This document shows positions 1-7,007 of a stretch of DNA of 58,185 bases, one piece after another (the stretch's first letter is position 1; the number at the start of each line of letters is the position of its first letter). A program made the translations under genes and the position numbers. This DNA is from Candidatus Eiseniibacteriota bacterium (GTDB taxonomy: Bacteria > Orphanbacterota > Orphanbacteria > Orphanbacterales > Orphanbacteraceae), in contig JBDROZ010000076.1 of the NCBI GenBank assembly GCA_043809585.1, forward strand, positions 1-58,185. Reading direction: 5' to 3'. The notes beneath the pieces are model-generated. The model saw nothing but the letters and a program-made list of their open reading frames with translations, searched no databases and had not been told where the DNA came from.

Positions 1-219
1 GCCTCAGGCCAACCCTGAAAAGGGGGTAGGTCTTCACTACAGCCCATTTTCATCCTTTTCGGAAGGTTCCCGCCTTTGAAATCAATGACTTACGATTTGA
101 AAATAGTCAAAAGCGGGGTCGAATCCGCAAAGTCGGGCTAGACGACGCCAGACCGGATACTCCCCCTCTCCCCGGTTCGATCCCCTTCGATACGGACCTT
201 CGGTCCTGCTCAGGACAGG

Positions 220-268
220 CTTCGATACACCGCCCGGCGGACCGGGCGGCACTCAGGACGAACGGGGA
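220..268. repeat. REP-like palindromic element, copy 1 (partial tandem copy at ~185-216)
   Basis: 49-bp cttcgatacaccgcccggcggaccgggcggcactcaggacgaacgggga is the reverse complement of 39017-39065 with one mismatch; internal ccgcccgg/ccgggcgg hairpin. Confidence 0.8.
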
Positions 269-825
269 GGGGGTCTCTCTCCCTCGGCAGTCCTTGCTGA
301 TTACTCGCAACCACGGGCGGGTGGCGCCGGCGGGGGCCCGCGAGGAGCGCAGCCACCAAGCGCCAGATCCCGAGTCCCATGGCATCATCGAGGACATGAC
401 GTGCGGTGCACATCCGGCGGGCGAAGATGACCCTGGCGCGACTGGCGAGCACTGCAGCGGGCGGCCGGCGACAGGATCTGCCCGTGCTGCAGCCATGTGC
501 TCGGGGAAGATCCCCGGGGGCCCCTTGACCCGACCGTCCTGGTCCCGAGCATGGACTTCCGTCCGCCATTTTTATCTTGACACCTTAGACCCCACGTCAT
601 AAGTGTGTGGTAACGCCGTGAAAAATGGCGTGTTGCATGGCTCGGTATCAGGACGGGCTTGGCGGCGGAGGAGAGGCATCGCATGCTACGGCTCCGCTCA
701 CGAAACAGGAACGCGGGGACGGGACGGGGAGGCGAATCTCCGCCCTTCTCATCATCGACGCGCTCCCGTTCCGGAGGGCGGGGCCTTTCTATTACAAAGA
801 ACGACCCGGAGCCGAGGGGACGCCT

Positions 826-1908
826 ATGAACACCGTTTGTGTTACCAATCAAAAGGGGGGTTGCGGGAAGACCACCACCGCGATCAACCTCTCCTGGTCC
901 CTGACCCAACTGAACAAGACCGTCCTGTTGATCGACCTCGATCCTCAGGGGCACGCTTCGCTCGGCCTCGGCTTCGACACGGATCTTCTCGACCGGACGA
1001 TCCGGGAGTGTCTCGTCCGCCCTTCCATGCCGATCGGCGAGGTCTTCCTCCCCTTCTCCGACCGCCTCGACGTCGTGCCTGCGAACATTTCCCTCGCCTC
1101 TCTCGAACAGGAGCTCGCCGGTGAGCCTGAGCGGGAGTCCCGGCTCCGCCATGCCCTCGCCACCACCTCGCGAGAGTACGACTACGTCCTCATCGATTGC
1201 CCGCCGAGCCTCGGCTTCCTGACCATCAACGCCCTCGTCGCCGCCGACGAGGTGATCATTCCGATCGAAGCCTCCAGCTTCTCCCTCCACGGCCTCGAAC
1301 GGCTCCTCGACACGGTGGAGCTCGTGGAACGGAACACGGGGCGCCGGATCATGACCCGCGCCCTCGCCACGAATCACGACGCCCGGACCCTCTACGCCCG
1401 ACGCTTCCTCGAGGAGCTGGAGGGACGTTTCCGGGAGCAGCTCTTCGAAACGGTGATCCATCACTCGGTGGTCGTGAAGGACGGCGCGGCCCGGGGCCTC
1501 CCGGTCGGCCGCATCCACCACCACTCGAAGGTGGACAACGACTTCACGGCCCTCGCCACCGAGATCGTCGAGAGCGCCCCCGTGGTCGAAGTCGAGAATC
1601 TCGGCGAGTGGCAGGAGAAGCTCTTCGGTCCCTCCGTCAAAGGGGAAGAAGTGGTCTTCCGGCTCGAGGCGCCCGGCGCGAAGCGCGTCCAGGTCGCGGG
1701 CCGGTTCAACGATTGGAATCCCGCCCGGGGCGAGATGAGCCAAGACCCGATCAGCGGCGCTTGGTCGATCCGGATCCGCATCCCGAGGGGGACGTATCAG
1801 TACCGGTACGTCGTCGACGGCGAGTGGGTCGAAGACCCGGCGAACGAACGTCACGAATTCAGCGAAACCGGCTTCCGGAATTCCCTGGTCCACATCGGGG
1901 AGGGTTAG
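826..1908 (+). CDS. ParA/Soj-family ATPase fused to a C-terminal glycogen-binding (CBM48/AMPK-beta-type) domain
   Basis: Deviant Walker A NQKGGCGKTTT, IDLDPQG, LIDCPPSLG; C-terminal FRLEAPGAKRVQVAGRFNDWNP...GTYQYRYVVDGEWVEDPAN...NSLV; RBS gagggg before ATG 826. Confidence 0.9.
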   Translation: MNTVCVTNQKGGCGKTTTAINLSWSLTQLNKTVLLIDLDPQGHASLGLGFDTDLLDRTIRECLVRPSMPIGEVFLPFSDRLDVVPANISLASLEQELAGEPERESRLRHALATTSREYDYVLIDCPPSLGFLTINALVAADEVIIPIEASSFSLHGLERLLDTVELVERNTGRRIMTRALATNHDARTLYARRFLEELEGRFREQLFETVIHHSVVVKDGAARGLPVGRIHHHSKVDNDFTALATEIVESAPVVEVENLGEWQEKLFGPSVKGEEVVFRLEAPGAKRVQVAGRFNDWNPARGEMSQDPISGAWSIRIRIPRGTYQYRYVVDGEWVEDPANERHEFSETGFRNSLVHIGEG

Positions 1909-1910
1909 CC

Positions 1911-2654
1911 GTGAACCCGCCTCCGCCCCGATCACCCGAGCCGAGAAGCCGGCGGATGGAGGATCTCTCGAGGGTCTACTTCTCCTCCGCTTCGTTCGAA
2001 CCGGTCGCCGCCAGGCCGCCGGAGAAGCGGCCGGCCCCGGTCGGGACAAGTGGCCCCGCGGCGTTCGTCACCGTCGCCAACGCCGCCGGGGGCCGCGGGG
2101 AGTCGTTCCTGCACGAACTGCGGCTGCTCCTTTCGGGCCGGGGCCATTCGTCGTTCCAGGTCCGGGGTGTGGGCGGGGGCTATCGGGTCGACGGCGAACC
2201 GGGCGCGCCCCTCTCGCCGGCCGCCCTTCTCGATCGGATTCGGGGAGGTTCGGGACCTTCGATCCTCTTCCTCATGCTCGCCGAGGAGGAGGGGGCGGAC
2301 GATCCCGCCCTTCTCAGGAGCGGCGACGCCTCGCTCCTCCTGGCCGGCCCGGAGATCCAGGATCTCCGCCGGGCCTACGCCCGCCTCCGCGGGGCGATTC
2401 GGGGGGGAGGGGGGACGGTGCCCGCCATCGTCCCCGTCGACGGATCCGACGCGTGGACCCGGATCGCGCCCCTCCGCCTCGCCGAGGCGGCGACACGGTT
2501 TCTCGGCATTCGCGTCCCCGTCTGGGGGGGGGGCGATGCGGCCGAAGCGGCCCGCCTCGTCGCCGGGCGCCTCAAGGGCGTGGGGGAGCGGAAGGAACAT
2601 GGATCGGAGCCCCTCGCCCGCCGCCTGATGGCGGTGATCGGAGGCGCCCCGTGA
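1911..2654 (+). CDS. Degenerate FleN/MinD-like protein (P-loop eroded)
   Basis: GTG 2 nt after the ParA stop (alternative ATG at 1956); FVTVANAAGGRGES at the Walker A position; LLLAGPEIQDLRRAYARL and RLAEAATRFLG resemble FleN/FlhG segments; GTGA overlap with the next gene. Confidence 0.6.
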   Translation: MNPPPPRSPEPRSRRMEDLSRVYFSSASFEPVAARPPEKRPAPVGTSGPAAFVTVANAAGGRGESFLHELRLLLSGRGHSSFQVRGVGGGYRVDGEPGAPLSPAALLDRIRGGSGPSILFLMLAEEEGADDPALLRSGDASLLLAGPEIQDLRRAYARLRGAIRGGGGTVPAIVPVDGSDAWTRIAPLRLAEAATRFLGIRVPVWGGGDAAEAARLVAGRLKGVGERKEHGSEPLARRLMAVIGGAP

Positions 2655-3241
2655 AGAGGCCCCCGAGCCGGGAGTCGACCTTCATCGTCTCCCGCCGGAT
2701 CGAAAGGGACGACCTTCCCGATTGGGTCGCCGATCACCCGTCGATCGTGGGAGACGGCTTCGAGGTCCTCGCATCGTGGGTGCCCCTCCCGGACGGCGAT
2801 GAGATCCCCCTGCTCGGCGCCTGCGGCGGCGGGGGGCTCTGCGTGGTCGACGTGCTCGGCAACGAATGGGAGACCTTCTACCGTCTCGGCCGGGTGGTCG
2901 CCTTTCTCCGAAGCCGCGCGGCGTGGCTCCGCCGCGCCTTTCCGGAGAGAGAGCTCGACGCGGATCGGGCGCTCAGAATCGTGATGCTTGGCGACGACTT
3001 CCCGCCCCCTTTCATCGACGCCATGGCGGGTCTCGCCGTCTACGAACTGGTCCTTCTCCGGATCCGCGATCTGGAGAGTACCGACGGGAGGCGCCTCCTC
3101 CTCGTGGAGAGGGAGGAGAGCCGGATGAGAGCCCCCGAAGAAGCGCCCCGCCGGGACGCGTTCACGGAGGAGGAAGAGGAGTTCTTCCGCCGTCTCGAGA
3201 CGGAGCGGGAGAATCTCCGGTCCCGCAAGGAGGCAGGATGA
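2651..3241 (+). CDS. Hypothetical protein, probable inactive NucS/PD-(D/E)XK-like fold with an acidic C-terminal helix
   Basis: ERDDLPDWVADHPSIVGDGFEVL...GDEIPLLG..GGLCVVDV follows the NucS C-terminal pattern without its IDLL/ELK catalytic residues; coupled on both sides (GTGA, ATGA). Confidence 0.55.
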   Translation: MKRPPSRESTFIVSRRIERDDLPDWVADHPSIVGDGFEVLASWVPLPDGDEIPLLGACGGGGLCVVDVLGNEWETFYRLGRVVAFLRSRAAWLRRAFPERELDADRALRIVMLGDDFPPPFIDAMAGLAVYELVLLRIRDLESTDGRRLLLVEREESRMRAPEEAPRRDAFTEEEEEFFRRLETERENLRSRKEAG

Positions 3242-3492
3242 TCTGGCTCTGGCTGATCCTGCTCGCCGCGGCATACGTGGTCGTCGCGATCGTGGTCGGC
3301 AAGGTGTGCGCGATCAACTCCCGTTGGGAGAAGACCGTGGATCACATCGACCCGAACGGGGAGGATCTGGAGCGGGGGAAGCGCAAGCGTCTCCCGCGTC
3401 GTTTCTCCGACGGTACGACACGGCTGCTCGCCGTAGGCGGAGTGGAAACGGTCCCCTACGCCGGGGGACCCGTGGAGGGCGTAGGGGATTGA
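3238..3492 (+). CDS. Small single-pass membrane protein A (84 aa), paralog of 6195-6380
   Basis: ATGA overlap with the upstream gene, RBS aaggagg; N-terminal TM helix followed by CAINSRWEKTVDHIDPNGED. Confidence 0.75.
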   Translation: MIWLWLILLAAAYVVVAIVVGKVCAINSRWEKTVDHIDPNGEDLERGKRKRLPRRFSDGTTRLLAVGGVETVPYAGGPVEGVGD

Positions 3493-3662
3493 TCTAGTGT
3501 TACCGCATGTTTCCCTGACGCTCTCCCACTGATCGAGGAAGCGGTCCCGTCCGCCCGGTCCGGCGCGGTGGAGGCGGGCCTTTCCCTCCCTTTGCCTCGT
3601 CTGCCTCAGTCCCGGGGCCGCGCTAGAGTAGTCACCCCAGACGCAGGCGAAGGAGCGCTCTC

Positions 3663-5801
3663 TTGGCCGTCTTTCTCAGGCGACACCCCCTCTTCATCAT
3701 CGGCGCGGCGATCACCCTTGTCGCCCTAGGGATCCGCGCCCACCGATTGGACTGGGGACTGCCCGACATCTACGAGGAAGGGACGTCGGTCGAGAAGGCG
3801 TGGGGGTTCTGGTCGTGGGACGAGCCGGGACTCGATCTCGACCCACACTTCTTCAACTACCCCTCCCTCCACTTCTACATCCAGTTCGGAGTTCAGGCCC
3901 TTCTCCGCGCGGGGGGGACGATCACCGGAGCCTTCCCGGACGAAGCCGCCTTCCGCGCCGCCTACCTCGCCCGGCCGGGGGTCTTCTATCTGGCGGGCCG
4001 GTGGTCCACGGCTCTCTTCGGCGCGGCGACGGTTCTGCTGGTTTTCCTCGTGGGCCTACGCGCCGGCGGGCTTCGGACGGCGGCGCCGGCGGCCCTATTC
4101 CGGGCGTTTCACGGGCTGCACGTCCAGAAGTCGCGCTTCGTGGAAGTGGACGTCACGATGACCTTCTTCGTCGTCCTCTCCACCTGGCTCCTGGTCCGAT
4201 ACGTCAGCGAGGGGAAACGGCGGGACCTCCTCGCCGCCGGTCTTTGCGCGGGTCTCGCCGCGTCGGTGAAGTACCCGGCCGCCCTCTTTCTGCTCCAGCT
4301 CCCGTGGGCGGAGAAGATCCGGCAGGGGGCCCCGTTCCGGCCGGGCCGGGTCCTCGCCGCCGTCCTCCTCGGGGGGGTGGCGTTTGCCGCCGCCAGCCCG
4401 TACGTGATTCTCGACTTTGGCGGCTTCCTCCGCGATTTCGGCGCCGAGTCCCTCCACATGAGGGAGGGGCATTTCGGAGGAGCCGGAGAGGGGGTCCTCG
4501 GGGCGGCGCGGCTCTTCGCCGGCGGATTCGGATGGCCCCTCTTCCTCGCGGCCCTTGCCGGCGTCCTGGCGGCGGCGGTCCGTCCCCGGGGCGTGGAGAA
4601 GCTCCTCTGGCCAATGCCGGTTCTCCTCTTCGTCCTGCTCGCCGCGAGCCGGATGCAGGCTCCCCACTATCCGCTCCCCGCGGTCCCCTCCCTCGCCCTC
4701 CTCGCCGCGGTCCTTCTCGCCCGTGTCATCGGGGGAGGATCCCGGGCCCGCGCGGGGCTCCTCGCGGGGGCGACCACGGTACTTCTCGTTCCGCCCGCCC
4801 TCGCCGACTTCGCCGCAGTCCGGCGCGCGGCCGAAGGAGACACCCGGGCCCGGGCGCGGGTGTGGATCGAGGAACGGGTCCCCTCCGGGTCCCTCGTTCT
4901 TCTCGAACCTCACGGGCCCCAACTTCTCGCTTCGAGCGACTTCGATCGCTACCGGGAGTCGATGGAGTTCGCAGCGATCCGGGAGGCCCTTCTCGGGGCG
5001 ATCGGAGACCGCCCGTGGTATCGTTCGGCGGTACTCCCCTCGTTCTCCATCGACGTGGACCGGTCGGAACGGTTCTACCGACTCCCGCCGTACCAGTGGT
5101 TCGAGTACCTGGTCCTCTCCGACGACATCGGCGAGCGGTATCGCTCGGACCCGGACCGTTTCCCGGCGCAGAACGAGTTCTACCGGGCCGCGAGGGAACG
5201 GTACGAGCCGCTGGTCCGCTTCGAGACGGGCAGGGGGAGCGGGCCCGGACTGGAAATCATGCGCCACCGCCGGGGTCTTCCCCCTCTTCCGGTCGCGCTG
5301 GATCCGGAGGGGGCAATGGACGGCGATTTCGTCCGCTTCATCCGCTCCATCGCCGGCCTCTACCGGGACCGGGGCCTCCCGGATGCCGCGCCGAGGATTT
5401 ATCTCGCCCTGCTCGCGCTCGGGGGAGAGGACGGGGAGACCCTCTTCCAGCTCGGCATGGACAGGGCCCTTGCCGGCGACCCGAGCGCCGCGATCGAGCT
5501 CCTCCAGAGGAGCCTGCGGGCCGATCCCGGGCTCCGGCAGGCACGCATGAACCTCGGCATTCTCTACTGCCAGACGGGACGCGCGGGCGATGGGATCGAG
5601 ATCTTCCAGGAGATGCTCGCCGAGCGGGAGGATGCGGACCTTCACGGCAATCTCGGCTCGGCCCTCCTGCAGTCCGGCCGAACGGAAGAAGCGATCCCCC
5701 ATTTCCGGCGGTTTCTCGTGCTCGCGCCGAATCATCCCCGGGCGGGGGACATCGTGAGGCTCCTCGACTCCATTCCGGGGGAGCGCTCCGTGGAACCCTG
5801 A
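3663..5801 (+). CDS. ArnT/PMT-family (GT-C fold) membrane glycosyltransferase with C-terminal TPR repeats
   Basis: Multi-TM protein; WGLPDIYEE, HFFNYPSL, AGLAASVKYPA motifs; C-terminal TPRs (ARMNLGILY, LHGNLGSALL, FLVLAPNHP); RBS aaggag before TTG. Confidence 0.85.
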   Translation: MAVFLRRHPLFIIGAAITLVALGIRAHRLDWGLPDIYEEGTSVEKAWGFWSWDEPGLDLDPHFFNYPSLHFYIQFGVQALLRAGGTITGAFPDEAAFRAAYLARPGVFYLAGRWSTALFGAATVLLVFLVGLRAGGLRTAAPAALFRAFHGLHVQKSRFVEVDVTMTFFVVLSTWLLVRYVSEGKRRDLLAAGLCAGLAASVKYPAALFLLQLPWAEKIRQGAPFRPGRVLAAVLLGGVAFAAASPYVILDFGGFLRDFGAESLHMREGHFGGAGEGVLGAARLFAGGFGWPLFLAALAGVLAAAVRPRGVEKLLWPMPVLLFVLLAASRMQAPHYPLPAVPSLALLAAVLLARVIGGGSRARAGLLAGATTVLLVPPALADFAAVRRAAEGDTRARARVWIEERVPSGSLVLLEPHGPQLLASSDFDRYRESMEFAAIREALLGAIGDRPWYRSAVLPSFSIDVDRSERFYRLPPYQWFEYLVLSDDIGERYRSDPDRFPAQNEFYRAARERYEPLVRFETGRGSGPGLEIMRHRRGLPPLPVALDPEGAMDGDFVRFIRSIAGLYRDRGLPDAAPRIYLALLALGGEDGETLFQLGMDRALAGDPSAAIELLQRSLRADPGLRQARMNLGILYCQTGRAGDGIEIFQEMLAEREDADLHGNLGSALLQSGRTEEAIPHFRRFLVLAPNHPRAGDIVRLLDSIPGERSVEP

Positions 5802-6118
5802 TTCCGGCTCCTCGAAGCGAAACGGCTTTCTTTTCGTTCCCGTTTTTGGTATGATGAAAAACATCCGGGGCTCGAAACCGGAGGCCGACACCTTAACCCC
5901 ACCGGAATTCTATCTCCTGCTTCTGGATACTTTGTATCCATCGTTGGCTACGAAGTCACCGTTTATGCCCTCCATTCGACGTCCACTCAGGGGGGTGAGA
6001 GGCAAGGGATCGGAACCATCTCGCCTGCGCTTTCCTAATCGCATATTTGCAAGGATTTTACATAGACGAGTGCCACCGAGGTCCGTCCTGATGAACTATT
6101 TGATATGGGGGCGGGTCG

Positions 6119-6134
6119 TGGTATTGAAATTGCA
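6119..6134 (+). promoter_or_regulatory. Sigma54 (-24/-12) promoter
   Basis: TGGTAT-TGAAA-TTGCA with exact GG-N10-GC spacing, ~60 nt before ATG 6195; IHF-like aactatttgata at ~6094-6105. Confidence 0.7.
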
Positions 6135-6194
6135 AGACTAACCTGCGGGTAGTCTTCCACTCTCCGGACGAGAAAGGAGTCTCGCGTATGTAGC

Positions 6195-6380
6195 ATGAAA
6201 CTAGCCATCATTTTAGGGGTGCTTGGCGTCTACATCATCGTGGCGTTCGTGATCGCGAGATTCTGCGCCGTGAACGCCGGATGGGAGAAGATCGCCGACC
6301 TTCTTCCACCGAACGGAGAAGATGGCTTCGCCGAGCCGGAGCCAAAGAACCTGGGAGGTTCCGGCGATGCGGGGCAGTAG
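6195..6380 (+). CDS. Small single-pass membrane protein B (61 aa), paralog of 3238-3492
   Basis: RBS aaaggag; TM helix followed by CAVNAGWEKIADLLPPNGED; 17/43 ungapped identities to protein A. Confidence 0.75.
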   Translation: MKLAIILGVLGVYIIVAFVIARFCAVNAGWEKIADLLPPNGEDGFAEPEPKNLGGSGDAGQ

Positions 6381-6569
6381 ATCAGGAGGAGGAGAGAACA
6401 AGAGTATTGCTATCGCTTGAGAGATCCGCGGGATCTCTGAATCGGCCCTCAAACCAGGGGGTAGCCGATGAGAGGGTCCGGTCCGAGCCTACGGGTGGTG
6501 GCCGGGCCCTTTCCCTTTCCGGGTCCGGTCGAGAAGGAGAGGGAAGATTCGGAGTGACACGGCAAAGCC

Positions 6570-6597
6570 TTGACATTCCTAGTGTTTTGGCTATAAT
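6570..6597 (+). promoter_or_regulatory. Consensus sigma70 promoter
   Basis: TTGACA-16 nt-TATAAT upstream of ATG 6655. Confidence 0.85.
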
Positions 6598-6654
6598 GAA
6601 GTTACATGAGTGGGTCTTGGGTATCCACTCAAAGGGGAGAGGAAAGGAGACATT

Positions 6655-6909
6655 ATGAATCAGCGCATCATCACTCTCTTCTTGCTCGTCGCTCTCGCAT
6701 CCACCTGCCCGATCCTTCCGGCGTTTGGGGAGGACGGGACGCCTGATCCCCGGGAGGCCACGCCCGAGGAAGTGGATCCGGACGGGCTCGAGGGGATCCG
6801 GACAGGTCCGAGGACGATCGACGTCGAAGCGGTCCCCGTGGACGGGCTGAGCGGCTCGAACTTCGTGAAGATCCTCCTGCGGTACGCTCGGGTGTTCGGA
6901 ATCATCTAA
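6655..6909 (+). CDS. Small secreted peptide/protein (84 aa), candidate signalling propeptide
   Basis: Strong RBS aaaggaga; Sec-type signal peptide MNQRIITLFLLVALASTCPILPAFG; acidic middle with DPDGLEG/VDGLSG; amphipathic basic C-terminus. Confidence 0.75.
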   Translation: MNQRIITLFLLVALASTCPILPAFGEDGTPDPREATPEEVDPDGLEGIRTGPRTIDVEAVPVDGLSGSNFVKILLRYARVFGII

Positions 6910-6927
6910 CGAAGGGCGCGATTCGAG

Positions 6928-6949
6928 CGGCCCCCCGCGCGGGGGGCCG
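6928..6949 (+). other. GC-rich intercistronic hairpin between the peptide gene and the activator
   Basis: cggccccccgc/gcggggggccg inverted repeat, no U-tract. Confidence 0.5.
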
Positions 6950-7007
6950 GCGAGACGTGAGAAGGTCCACGGAATCGGCGGCGCACCGAGGCGCCGCAAG
7001 GAGCGTC

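Noticed and set aside
826-1908. Ordinary chromosomal soj/parA
   Set aside because: No parB or origin-region genes adjacent, and it carries an extra carbohydrate-binding domain
5851-6141. 96-aa ORF
   Set aside because: No RBS, atypical composition, and it overlaps the sigma54 promoter region
6445-6471. Third sigma28-like site (gccgatga)
   Set aside because: No -35 element at 15-nt spacing
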